Below the pieces are notes generated by a model. That model did no database searches and was not told the DNA's origin. It saw only the letters and a list, made by a program, of their open reading frames with translations. From Eremomyces bilateralis CBS 781.70 (lineage: Eukaryota): a stretch of 64,000 bases of DNA. Positions within the stretch are counted from its first letter, which is position 1. Every line of letters begins with the position of its first letter. The stretch is from the NCBI GenBank assembly GCA_010015585.1, contig ML975161.1; one strand, given 5' to 3'. Shown here one piece after another: positions 25,972-38,190 of the stretch. Made by a program: the position numbers and the translations under genes.

Positions 25972-26566
25972 AGTGAACACGAAAGCTGCAATACCAGCGA
26001 TACAATGGTCGCGGCAAGGGGAGTTTTGAGCTTCAATATATCATGTCGTACAAACAATTGCACGTGGCGTCGTGGTCAGGAGGAGGTTCGGACGATATCG
26101 GTGATGGGCGAAGGGGTCAGGTGGTCAGGCCCGTCGTCGGAGATATCGACTGAAGGGGGAACAAGGTAGGCAAAGGGGTAGAATGGCCCTGCTTTGGAGT
26201 TAATTATCAATGTGTTTGTGAAGATGAAGCACACAAATACACGACATATTACAATGGGTCGCAACGGGGTCTTGTACATAATCCCGTCTCCAACAAATGC
26301 CGAGATGCCGTGGTTCATTTGGGTCCAGAATGTGGGGGGACTCCATGTAGATGCAGCGCCTGAGGCAACAAGGCTTGAATGAGTCCGAGGGAGCCGTAGT
26401 TTACCCGCAGTTTATCCACATCCGCCCGCCGCACGCCGCCGGAAGCCTGCTGCTGCATCGCCGCCTGCTTTCGTCACTCCACTCTATCCCGTCCATCCTC
26501 CCCTCTTGAGTCTGGAGACATCTGTAACCTCACTGTTATCGACTGAAGAGCAACAGATCAGTCAAC

Positions 26567-28123
26567 ATGGGCGCCCTACTGTCGCTTCCTCTCCTGGCAG
26601 TGCCCAGTATGGGTACAGTAAGTGTTCCTTTGGTGGGACGATACCATCACCGCTAACTCCGATCTCCAGCTCTTCACCTTTGCCGCCTCATGCTGCGGCG
26701 CTGCGACCTGTTCCGCTGTATGCAGCGCCTGCGGGAAGTGCAATAATAGGTATGGACTGGCATAAAGGAAGGATATCGATGGCATCGCAGATGGCTAACC
26801 CTGACCTATAGCGTCGCTACCCGGATAGCATACGCCCTCCTCCTCCTCGTCAACTCCATCGTATCCTGGCTGATGCTGACGGACTGGGCGATTAAGAAAC
26901 TACAAAACCTGACACTGGACTACATGACGATTACCTGTGGCGGAAAAGAGTGCTATGGCTTCGTTGCGGTCCATCGAATGAACTTTGCGCTGGGTGCCTT
27001 CCACGCGCTGCTCGCCATCATCCTGTTAGGAGTCCGATCCACACGAGACGGCCGAGCGCCGATTCAGAACGGGTTTTGGGGACCGAAGATCATCGGCTGG
27101 CTCGGGTTAATCGTCGTCTCCTTCCTCATTCCTGATGGTTTCTTCATCGCCTGGGGCAACTATGTCGCCTTCGTGGGTGCGATCCTTTTCCTCCTCTTGG
27201 GCCTCATCCTCCTGGTCGATCTGGCCCACACCTGGGCGGAGTACTGCCTGGAGCGCATCGAAGCGACCGACGCCTCCGCCTGGCGCGTTCTCCTCATCGG
27301 ATCTACGCTGTTCGAATACCTCGCCGCGCTCGCCATGACGATCGTCATGTACATCTTCTTCGCCGGCGGCGGATGTTCCATGAACCAAGCGGCCATCACC
27401 CTCAACCTCCTCTTCACCATCGGCATCTGCGTCCTATCAATCCACCCGGCCATCCAAGCCGCCAACCCGCGCGCCGGCCTCGCCCAATCTGGCATGGTCA
27501 CCATCTACTGTACCTACCTCACCATGTCCGCCGTTTCCATGGAGCCTGACGACCGGCACTGCAACCCGCTCGTCCGCGCCTCCGGCACCCGTACCGCCAC
27601 CATCATCCTCGGCGCCATCATCACCTTCCTCACCGTCGCCTACACCACCACCCGCGCCGCCACCGTCGGCCTCGCCCTCGGCGCCGCCCCCGGCGCCTAC
27701 TCCCGCGTCGCTACCGACGACTACGAACACGGCCTCGTCTCCCAGCAGCCGTCCTCCCGCCGCGACCTCCGCGCCCAGGCCCTCCGCGCCGCCATCGAGT
27801 CCGGTTCCCTTCCCGCCTCCGCCCTGGACGACGACAGCGATGATGACTCCGACTCTGGCGCCGCCAACCCTCGCGACGACGAGAAGTCCTCCACACGCTA
27901 CAACTACGCCCTGTTCCACGTCATCTTCCTGCTGTCCACCGCCTGGGTCGCCACACTGCTGACGCAGAACGTCGAAGCGCAAGACACCGACGGGAACTTC
28001 GTGGCCGTGGGGAGGACGTATTGGGCGAGCTGGGTGAAGATCGTGAGCGCCTGGGTGTGCTATCTGATTTATTCGTGGAGTTTGGCCGCGCCAGCGTTGA
28101 TGCCAGATCGGTTTGATTATTGA
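26567..28123 (+). CDS. TMS1: Serine incorporator (Serinc/TMS1) membrane protein (3 exons)
   Basis: MGALLSLPLLAVPS, SCCGAATCS, CYGFVAVHRMNFALG, IQNGFWGPK, YNYALFHVIF and WVKIVSAWVCY...PDRFDY. Confidence 0.93.
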
Positions 28124-28835
28124 TTTGGTGGATGATTATGTCAATGGAAGCATTTTTGAGCATTTGTGTATTTGTGATTCCAATAGAGTCGGTCCTTGCT
28201 ATATCGCTGGTGCTCTCCGGACCGACATCAATACGATCGGGTAGATACAATTGCATATCTCCCAAACTCAATTTGTTAACGGTGATCAAAACTGTACCTG
28301 CCCGCCCCTGCAGGACTATCACGTTTGTGCCAGTAGGAAAGGCACCAAGTATTTGTATCAGTATATTGTTATCTGTGCATGACACACATCTACCTGTCTC
28401 ACTATCGAAATATCTTCATAACGTACAGATTAGCCATGCCCAGGCTCCCAGCTCGTAACCGAGAATTCAAGTACAATCTCTCCTTTCCGCAGCCACACCA
28501 CACCTCCCATCACCATCGACAAGGGGCAGCTGCTAACGCGGCATTTGTCCCCCAGCCAAAACGCAGCATCTAACGGCTCTACGACCGCGAATCAACAGCC
28601 CGAAAACTCCAACGGAAGGAAAAGAACGCCATATTCATGCACGCGGTCCGCCAGAAACCGAGACAATTAGCGCGCCCGCTTGGCCAATTCAAGACCGTGA
28701 TATCATCAGAGACAAAGGAAAAATAAATAACAGTTTTGCGTCTCGTCGCGACGAGTTTCGTCAGGGTATATGATACAGGATATATGAGAAAGTTGCCGCA
28801 AGGAAACACAAGGGGGGCGGCTCCTCGCGGTGTGG

Positions 28836-31800
28836 TTATGAGAGGGAGTTGGTTCCGCCAGTGGGCGAAGGTGGGAAGCCCCGAGTCGCGCTGGGTGGGA
28901 TGGGGAGAGGTCCCATGGGTACGGGCTTCATCGGGGGCAATGCCGCGCTGTTGGTATGGGCCGAGCCATTCGCCATCGTGTCTCGTGGTGGTAGGACATT
29001 CGGAGCGGGTGAAACGCGGACCGGTGAAGTGTTGGTGGTCGACGTGGGGGATTCGGATGCACTCTGGGCAACCGGAGGGTTGATTCGATACGGAAGGGAG
29101 AAATTGAGAGCGGAGGAGCGGCGGGGGTTGGATGTTGGGGTAGTGGAGCGGGGGCGGAAACGAGAGGAAGAGAACGGCGCGGAATTCGAGTCGCCGGAGT
29201 GCCGCTCGATACTGGTTCTCTCAGCGGAGAACGCGCCGGGGGTGGAGATCGCGTGTTCGTCGAGGGAGGATAACGCGCTGTGAGAGGCGCTCCGGTACGG
29301 GATGGCTTGACTGAGGGTGGGGCCGATGGTCGATCCCGGTGGAAGCGCGCTCGAAAAACCGGTGAAGCTGGTAGATGAATTGCGTGGACGAGAGGAGAGG
29401 AAAGGAGCGTGGTCAGACCGAACCTGAAGAGAAGTTGGACGTCGAGGATTGCGAGATGTGGTTTGAGCGATGCCTGGAATGGTTGGGCTATCCTTTTGTG
29501 GGGTTCGGGTAGGAGAGTCGCGTGACGGGGTCTCGGGAGTCGTGATAGCATGACTTTGAGGGATGGTTTGGAGAGAACGTGTGCTGGTGAGGGTGAGGGG
29601 AAGCGGCCCAGCAATTGTTCGTTGATGTTCCATCGAGGTAGTAGGTAAAGAAGAGTTGCGTCGAGGGACATGGACTGCCGCACTGTCTATGTTGGAACCC
29701 GCAGTATTAATGACGGAAGGTCGAACAGGGAAGGGGCGGAAAGAGGCACGGCGCGTCACGATGGTCTTTGTAGGACCATCCGACGGCGAGGCAGACCCTT
29801 GAATCGAGTTGGCTGAGGGCACCTTCCTGAGTGGTGCCAGTGGCTCGATATCTCGCGATATCGCTGCATTGCTGATGGCCACCGGCTCATCCTCTTTGGC
29901 GTCTGGAACAGGTGGAAGTATCTTGTGGATGCTCGAAGCAGAGGATGCCTTCGAAGCAGACGATGAAATGCTTCCATTCCTTAGACTTGAAGATGATGGT
30001 GTCCGTAATGGCGCATCCTCGGAAACAACCTGACCGGTGAGGATGAGTGGTTGCATTCCGTTGGCCGGACTAACCACAGAATTCCGTGCCAACCTCGCCT
30101 TCTGCACCCGCTCGGTGATGGAAGCTGATACGGCGTTGTCGGTGGACGGGAGTCCAAGAGAATCTTCGCTCGTCCTAGGCAGTGCTTGAACGCTTCTCCT
30201 CCAGTTAGTGGCTGCAGGACTAAACGCATTACCATTCGGTGCCATGGAACTCCGGTACGAACTCTTCATGCCTGCTGGATTTCGGAGATGTGATTCGTCG
30301 CTTTTGGGGGGAATTGATGTAGAATTATCGAAATGAGGAGTGACTGGAGTAGGGCTGGACTCAGGTGTGTTGGTCACAGTCACACTGGTGTTCTCAGTTT
30401 CGGCCTCCGATGCTTGGGACGAGACGAAGGAATGTCGACTGCTTTCCCGTAAAGTATCTGCGGAAAGAAGGGTGGAGGTGGCGGTTGAAACCGATGATCC
30501 TGCTGACGCTGGACTTTGGTGGTTGTATGAAGCAGCAGGGATGATTGGCGGTGGAGGCTCTTGAAGTACATCACTTCTCTCGGGGCTGACAATGGATATG
30601 GTGCTGTCGGGAGACTTTCGCTTGGTAGAGATTATGCTCAGTCTCGCATTTAGCGGAAACGTCGTTGCTAGCGGGGATGTCGCCGGACTGGCTGTTCGAC
30701 TCTGGGTGGGACTGGTCAATCGACTCCCTGCCCGACTTCCCCTTGGGCTTGAAAGCGAAGATCCAACACCGGACCGTAGAGACCCATTCATCTTCTCCCT
30801 GTGCACTGAGAAACGATGGACCGGTCGTTCTTCATTCTTTTGATCTTCGCTACTGCGACATCCTGGCTCCGGTTCGCGTTTCCGTCCTGAGAGATCACCA
30901 ATCGCCTTTCGCATCGCCTTCAACCACAGATCCATTTCTTCCGGGCTCTCAAGCACCAACAGAAACAAAGAGGTACTCCGAGTTTTTCCATGGGCGCGAG
31001 ATCCGAGTCGCCTAAAGAATCCGCGTACCTTGTCGTCATTTGCAGATGTTGACAGGCCTGGTGTATTCCTTCCGCTTTGATCAACGCGCTCGCAAATCTG
31101 TAGAACCCAATGTCGCCCTGGAATCAAATCACTGGCAAATGCGGCAGACTGCGGTCCCAGTCGAAGAATTTTCTCCGGTTTCCGGTCGCTAGGTCCGCTT
31201 CCGGCATATTGAAGTACATAACCCGCGGTAACCAGAACAAAGATCTTGTCATCCAGCCGAACGAAGGAATCTTTGGTAACGGTGGTGGACAATCGCTTCG
31301 AGCCATTCCGGAGGCTGCCAGCATCAGAAGCTCCATCCCCATTGAGATCGAGACTGCTAGTTCCGAAGCTCGTCAAGCTATCGACACGATTTTGGAGGAG
31401 GCTATACTGCCGCCGATGAGCTTGACCTCGGACGAGGCTTTCAGCAGAAGAGGAAGGGGTTGGGATCTTGGCATGCTTAATGGATTGCGGGTACGCTTGG
31501 AAGAGTGGTGGTGGTTCCCAATCGGCCATCGGACGGGTTAGGCAGACTGTGGGAGGATCGAGGTGCCGTTGAGAAGTGGTCCGGGATTGAACCCGTTGCC
31601 CAACGAATGAATCTGAAGTAATGGAGGGTGAGGTCGAAACTCTTAGGTTCTGTGGTGATTGAGGGCGTGCATTGGTGTGAGCCGCGGAATTGAACACCAG
31701 TGGTTGGGTCGAGGTCGCGGGCGTGTTGCTAATGTTGTCCGGTTGCGATTTCGAGGGCACCGTCGGATGATCCAGACGAGGTTGTACACGAGGGGTCGTC

Positions 31801-32168
31801 ACTGGCGGCTTGGGTTTGGGTTTGGGAATCTCAATGACGGGAGCGAGTCCGGTCTCATGATATCCGCGAGACCTTTCGACCTTTGGTTTGGAGAAGAGAT
31901 CGAATAATGACATCTTACTTTGACGTCGCTCCGGTTTGGAGGTCGTCGGTGGAGCCATCGTCGATGTTGCAGGTTGACCATTGCTTGGCTTTTGTGATAT
32001 ATTTGATTGCTGCTCAGTGCGTTGGAGCCTCGCCGTCGGCTCCGACCTCAAGTCGGTGGTGGTGGCGTTGGACTTGGAAAACGGCCATCGTGGTGACTCG
32101 GTCGGTTCATTGGCGAAGGCGAGTTTCTTCCTCGTCCGCCTGAAGATACTCTCGTCTTCGATGCCCAT
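28836..32168 (-). CDS. Large Ser/Pro-rich protein with one PH-like domain (~30900-31260)
   Basis: 1110-aa ORF containing WEPPPLFQAYPQ and KIFVLVTAGYVLQYAG..PEKILRLG..SDLIPGRHWVLQI..LVLESPEEMDLWLKAMRK. Confidence 0.8.
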   Translation of the reverse strand: MGIEDESIFRRTRKKLAFANEPTESPRWPFSKSNATTTDLRSEPTARLQRTEQQSNISQKPSNGQPATSTMAPPTTSKPERRQSKMSLFDLFSKPKVERSRGYHETGLAPVIEIPKPKPKPPVTTPRVQPRLDHPTVPSKSQPDNISNTPATSTQPLVFNSAAHTNARPQSPQNLRVSTSPSITSDSFVGQRVQSRTTSQRHLDPPTVCLTRPMADWEPPPLFQAYPQSIKHAKIPTPSSSAESLVRGQAHRRQYSLLQNRVDSLTSFGTSSLDLNGDGASDAGSLRNGSKRLSTTVTKDSFVRLDDKIFVLVTAGYVLQYAGSGPSDRKPEKILRLGPQSAAFASDLIPGRHWVLQICERVDQSGRNTPGLSTSANDDKVRGFFRRLGSRAHGKTRSTSLFLLVLESPEEMDLWLKAMRKAIGDLSGRKREPEPGCRSSEDQKNEERPVHRFSVHREKMNGSLRSGVGSSLSSPRGSRAGSRLTSPTQSRTASPATSPLATTFPLNARLSIISTKRKSPDSTISIVSPERSDVLQEPPPPIIPAASYNHQSPASAGSSVSTATSTLLSADTLRESSRHSFVSSQASEAETENTSVTVTNTPESSPTPVTPHFDNSTSIPPKSDESHLRNPAGMKSSYRSSMAPNGNAFSPAATNWRRSVQALPRTSEDSLGLPSTDNAVSASITERVQKARLARNSVVSPANGMQPLILTGQVVSEDAPLRTPSSSSLRNGSISSSASKASSASSIHKILPPVPDAKEDEPVAISNAAISRDIEPLAPLRKVPSANSIQGSASPSDGPTKTIVTRRASFRPFPVRPSVINTAGSNIDSAAVHVPRRNSSLPTTSMEHQRTIAGPLPLTLTSTRSLQTIPQSHAITTPETPSRDSPTRTPQKDSPTIPGIAQTTSRNPRRPTSLQVRSDHAPFLSSRPRNSSTSFTGFSSALPPGSTIGPTLSQAIPYRSASHSALSSLDEHAISTPGAFSAERTSIERHSGDSNSAPFSSSRFRPRSTTPTSNPRRSSALNFSLPYRINPPVAQSASESPTSTTNTSPVRVSPAPNVLPPRDTMANGSAHTNSAALPPMKPVPMGPLPIPPSATRGFPPSPTGGTNSLS

Positions 32169-34745
32169 GTCGTACGCCTGCCACGTTGGGACTCATAGGA
32201 TGCAGAGTCCAAAGGTTTCCCGAGGCGACAAATGGTGTATAAGCAGCCAGGGAATGAATAGATGCCTCGTGTTAAGTTCGGTCGTGTTGGAATCGCAAGG
32301 ATGCAAGGAGGAGTATCCCAGACGTTGAATTGGACCGAGCACCAGGTAGAGAGGGCGATATATTGAATCGGAGAACGGTTGTATAGGGAATACTGCAGCC
32401 CGCCCATGCGATTGGGATTCAATGGAATGATCCGAAATTGAAGTAAGAACGAATAGAGGATCAAAACTGATCGACAAGGACGAGACAAGTCGCTGGAGTG
32501 CTGAAGTTGGGGGTCGCCTAACGGTCGCGAAAGCCCATACCCGCGGCGCGCTTGGTGGCAGCGTAGCGTGGTGGAAGGCTGTAGGAGGTTTAATTAAAGA
32601 TAAGATTGGGGTGGAGAGGCAGGATAAAGAGGGGTTGCGGCACAGTGGAGATGACGACGGGAACCATAACAAAAACCATCCATTCAATAGACTAAACACT
32701 TGAGACTTAGAGTAGACGAGAGTAGAGAGTGTAAGGTGAGGGCTCAAAGGCAAGATCTTAATTGGGTTGCTACAACGGTGAGGAACGGTTATGGTGGCAG
32801 GTGACTGCGAGACTCATGGATGGAGATTGAAGCAAACTGGCACGGTCGATGAGAGGCGGAGGAATTGAGGAGGACGATGATAGAAGGTTTCAGGCTGAGT
32901 GGTGTCCGTGATGGTTCGAATCCATGCGAGGGGAGACGTGGAAAAGTCGCGGAACAGACGTGGAAAAGGGGGGATCGTGCGGCAGATCCGCAGGAGGCGC
33001 GACTCGACGTGCCTGCCCTGAGTAGCGACTAGCGACTAGTAGTGAGTGCCCCGCCCCCCCCAGCAAGTGGCACTCCCCCCCTAGTAGCCCGGCTGCACCT
33101 GCCCGTGCTTGCGGGATTACGGGCCTCTCGCTGCTGGGTGGCCAGCCAGAAGGCTGAATGGCTGCCTGAAACGCAATCAAGGCACCAACCGCGTTGGTTC
33201 CTTGCATGGAAAAGAGCTTGAATTGATTTTTGAAACCACCCGATCGGCCCCTGAGCTCTGAACATACTTTCGCCTCCGGTTACTGCACCTGATATAGATT
33301 TTAGTTCACACTCCAGTGAAACTAAAAGCATAAACGACGCTGATACTGGCCCTCCGCTTCTCTCACATGTATCTTGAGTTCTTGACTTGAAATCTCTTCG
33401 TCTCGTCAGCGACTTTGCAGCCCGCCTAACTAACTCGCCCACGGTCACTTTTCGCTATTACTGACTACTCCTACCAGCTCAGGGGTGCCGAGCGCACCAT
33501 CTGCCCTCTGCATCCTAGCCGTTGACACCACCCATCTCCCCGGGTCTGCACCATCGCCCAATCCGTCCAAGCCGCGCGCCCATCACTGCCCGTTCCTGAC
33601 TGGGCCTGACTCTCGGGCTCGTCCCAATCCGAGCCTGGTCGCTGCCGATGAAAATGTAAATATGAATCGCGAGTCATCCACCCGGTCGATACTCGATTGC
33701 CCATCGCATTATTCCACTGCGTTGGAGCGGCGCGAACTATGAAGGGAAAGTTCACCGCGGATGGGCGTGGGATTGGGCCCAGTCACCAAGCGTTCGGGAG
33801 CTTCCAGGCTAGGGAGGTTACTGCCGGATCCGATGGGGGTGCGGCAGTGCCCAGAGCCCAATCGCCGCGATTTTCGTTGAGCGCGGGAGACAGATCACAG
33901 ATCAACAGACCCATCGCCATCCAGATTCCAGCCATCGCTGATCGGGTTCGGTGTGACGAGAATGTGATGGGCCATCCATTGTTACACGGCATGAACGGCA
34001 ACAAAATGCGTCGGCGCTTCGAGCGCCATTTGCGAGAAAAGCAATTATTGTCGGTTGCGCCTCGTTCTCGGAGAATTGGAGTCGGTTCAGCAGTCAGAAG
34101 GCGCATGAGCCGCGCATCAGTCCCTTCATCAGGTGATCCGTTCCAAGTTCCAACGGTTTTGCCTTTATGTTTTGAGATGAGGTGAGACTCCGAATCGCTG
34201 GCTGCTGTTAGATATGGAATATGGATTGAGGTCTTACCCGATACGCATGGTTAATTGTCCCTGTACGACCAAAACAACAATGGACACTTCGTTGCGCCAT
34301 TAAACATGTGTGCAGTGGGACAAGGTCGTGTAATTAACCATTGAATTGGAATTTGCAGGTGTAATGTTATGCCATTGTCCTAAATCGACCAGACCTCTTC
34401 GAAGACTTGGCCAAAGCCATGAAAAATTGTCCACGATACTCGATTCCAATCCACACGGCTATCCCTTTAGATCAGATGCAGCATGCGTCGGCGATCAGCA
34501 GAATCTCAAGCTTACGAGCCAGCCATGCGAATCCAATTCGATTTTGGCTCGACTTCCAGCTCCTTTGGAAAGCGATTGAGAGCAAAGATCCGTTTATCCA
34601 GACACATCTACATCCAGAACGAAATGCGCCAAATGGCCAAACTTCCGGATCTAGTAAAGCTTCACACGCGATACGCGAAATCAGCTATATCACTTCCTAA
34701 CGATCACGAGGTAATTGCTCAACCGTCCCTTTAAAAGCTGGGTTC

Positions 34746-36729
34746 CTATTCCCTCCAAGTTTCTTCGCCTGCTATTTCTCGATATCCTGGAAGGTTCGTG
34801 CCTGATTTTCCTTTTCGCCGAAGCGGTTCCAATTGAGGAATGTCATCCCCGTCCACTCGGTCCATGGATTCCAGCAACGCCAAATTTTCCGTCCCGTGCC
34901 ACTCTTTCATGAGTCGCGTGTTGCCTACCCTCGGAATGTACCCGGTGACGGCATCAAAGTAGCTGCCGATCGTGATGAGGGCAGAGGCAATCAGCACCAC
35001 GAAGGTACCCAAGGCGCTCAAGGATGAGTGAGCGGCGGAGTGGAACTTAATTTGTCCGCAGAACACCTTCGAAGCCCGTCCCGTCCCACGTATTGAAGGA
35101 AAGTGTGGTGTTTAGGTTGGCCGGCTTCTCGATAGAATTGAACACTTCCAATTGCAGGTTCGCAAGCGCCACGGAGAACCAGTATTTGAGCTCAACCTTC
35201 CACTGCTCAGGATCCAGCTTCATCTGGGTATCCTCTTTCAGGTACCGAGCGGCTTGCTAAACGGACCCAGCTGGGCGCCCGGCAATACTGTACGGGATCG
35301 AGGTATGGCCAAGAAGAAAGGTCACTAAACTGGTTGCATAGATCGCCTCAGTGCCCTCTTTCGGCTTGCCTTCCAACAAGAGCTCCCCTAATATGTTTTG
35401 CATCCTTCGCTTCGTGTTGAGACCAGCCCAGGGACTGCATTGTCCGGTGATGGAGCTGCAGAACTGGGCGGTTTCGTGGCATGCGATGATGTTCAGAAAA
35501 TGGTCCATCTTATATGCCGTGTAATCAGGTGGGATCCCGCCAGAACTTTTGCTAACCTCAGCAACCTCATGGGCGGCGAAAACCGGATCATCGGACGGAT
35601 GCATGAATTGAACCCCAGAGCCTCTTAACAATGTTAGGCTTGTATCGCTATCGTTGGTGTGAGAGAAGAACGGTGGTTTCCAAGCGTATTTAGGTGAGGT
35701 CGGTGTGTAAAAAGAATGGAGATCGTAGCCGTAACTGGAACGTTCGGGTTGAAAAATATATTTGCCACCATCACCGGGCTCTGAACTATTATAGAATTCA
35801 TATTCTCTGACAGTTGCTTGCGAACCCAAGTGCTCGTATCCTTGATCCTGGTTTGTATAAACTCTTCCTAGGAAGGGTTCGTCGGACATTGGAGCACACG
35901 TACTCTTCCGACGAACAAATAATTCTTTTGCCTGTCTGAAGTTGATACCTAGATCTTGAAGGGATATGTTGCCAGAGTCAAACACAACTGCGGAGTTCGG
36001 CCCATTCAAACAGGCCCCAGCTTGAAATGGGCAATCGGCATCGTGCTTCACCGTAAATGGTATCGATCGGGTAGCCAGTTTGCCGCAGTCGAGGATGCCT
36101 CGCGACGATCCTTGGCTGTAGCAGTTGCGCACGTAGTTGTGGGCCTCTTCACTCTTGGTGAACTGGACTTCGTAAGCGTTGGCAAGCAGTGAGGGAAGGT
36201 CAGGCGAATCGTTTTCGACGGCTATATGCTGCCATTGGCCGCAAGTGGCTGTGTTCTTGGAGATCACCGTCCTTCTGGCACTAAAGACTTGTGAAGTCAA
36301 CACTCCGGCAGCGATGAATGCAGCGAAATGAGCGAGCATAACGGCACTCAAAACGATGGGTTTCCAAGGGATCCTGTGAATGTGTTCCGACATCTTTCTC
36401 TGTGCCCATACCAGGCGAAGGATGCCTAGCAAGGCGCTTCCAGCGGTCTCCGAGTTCCGTAAAATGACCTGCTCTTGTTTTCCCAAACGGGCTTTGATTG
36501 TTGTGTCCGACTCCATCGGCCGAGCAAATCGATGAAGGAAGAAACGGCAGATGGCCCAGCTCCGGTTCGCGGTCAAGCCCACGACGGTCGCCAGAACAGC
36601 CATCACCACTACGGAATCCCGACTGCGCAGCGTTATTGTTGCCCCAGACCAGCCATCGTGGTCGTGATTGAACCAGAAACCAAGTCGAACGGCGCTCGCT
36701 CCTGCAACTGGCAAGCCATGAGAAGCCAT
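34746..36729 (-). pseudogene. Uncharacterised fungal multi-TM protein with Cys-rich luminal domain, disrupted by a stop and a frameshift
   Basis: The 490-aa ORF stops at TAG 35257-35259 but reads on in frame (QAARYL...QWKVELKYWFSVALANLQ). It then shifts +1 near 35070 into FCGQIKF..TM (34746-35066). Confidence 0.65.
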
Positions 36730-37261
36730 TCCGAATTCGCACGACGATTTCCAAATCGTGCGTTCGCAGCCAAAGGAGTCACGCTGTCAAGAAGCTGAGA
36801 TACGGCTACCACCAGTGGCCAGCGTGAGCAATTCTAGAATAATAAATACCCTCATACTGAATGTTTCTTAGGAATTCTCAGGACACACTATCTCAGTTGG
36901 CGGAGCCTGATGGTGGAGGTCATTAGGGGCGTCCTTTAAGGCTGTAGTCCAGGATCCTGCGGAAGCGTCTGATCATCACTGATATCGATGTCTGTGGCGC
37001 TCTGTATCCTTGGAAAACCCCGGGAAACGCTGTTGCTAAACCATTTCTGGAGTACCCGAGTGTAGATCGAGCATGGTATGTTCAAATTTACGAGAACGTG
37101 AGTAGCCACTTGGCGCAGTTTGGGCAAATAGGATAGCTAAGTTAGGTGCATACATAGTACTACATACTAATCGACGGTGGGTCATGGTTGATGGTAATTG
37201 GTGGTTCGAAAAGAGTTAATAATAATATTGGGCCATCGATTTTCTATACTACGTATGCAAC

Positions 37262-37555
37262 CAGGCTGGCTAATCGAGGCGTCGCGACTCGCGAGGCCTG
37301 CGCGAACCATGGTTAAATATACCATCCGTAGTCCTGTATACTATATAGTGACCAATACCACGGTGGCTAAGGTCATTGAATCCTATAGAATCTGGGTCAG
37401 ATCCAGAAAATACGGACTACGACGATGAAAGATTGGTAGCATACGACTAAACGGGACTAGCAACACGTGATACTGCGAAATGCGATGCCTTGATCGAGGA
37501 ACGAGGCGAGGCGAGGCGATGCGCTCAATAAGCGTCGCCTCGATTAGCCAGCCTG
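37262..37555. mobile_element. 294-bp non-autonomous hAT-type MITE
   Basis: Perfect 20-bp TIRs CAGGCTGGCTAATCGAGGCG / CGCCTCGATTAGCCAGCCTG. 8-bp TSD TATGCAAC at 37254-37261 and 37556-37563. Confidence 0.9.
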
Positions 37556-38190
37556 TATGCAACCAACGACTGAGTCACGTGCTGGGCATGTCATTATGGT
37601 AGAGCGCTGGGAGTAGTTTCTCTTCAAAGTTTCTAAATCCTTAATTTCGTTTGATTTCGTTTGATTTCTCTATTACGGTCTCTATCAAGGTCTCTATCAC
37701 GGCTTTTCAATGGAGGGACTCGTAGACTCGTCGTTTACCTCCTCTACCTCGTCTGAGGATCAATCTAATTCGTTGATCCTAGATTTTGTGCCCTTCCGGA
37801 AATATCATGCCGAAACCCGATCGCCTGAGACATGACCCCTGCATAAACCAACCGTTCTATCTATCAGATGAACCACTCCTATGCTTTATCGCCTCCACTA
37901 TCTTGATTCTCCTAGTCCTCCCAGATCCCCACTGGCTCCCAAGCCTGATATCGAGCGTATACTAGCCGTATCGGCCTTGAATGGTCGTTGCAGGTATTCC
38001 CTACAAGGCTGCGTAAAGGTTGAACTGGTGGTGATTGTACGCGGTTGCGGGAAGGCGTTGAGCCGATTAGCGTACAGATATCTCGACGTGGGAAGAGCGC
38101 ATGACATGCCGATGATATAGACTGCATGCAGCTCAAACTGGAAGCTCCCAACGAGCGTCTGAGAGTCGAAATCAGAACCATCACCAATAT

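Noticed and set aside
32893..32923. tRNA-like A-box/B-box (GGCTGAGTGG..GGTTCGAATCC)
   Set aside because: The boxes are only about 10 nt apart, with no anticodon arm or acceptor stem.
35257..35259. Programmed stop-codon readthrough (TAG-CAA context)
   Set aside because: A downstream frameshift also breaks the gene, so decay or sequencing error is more parsimonious.
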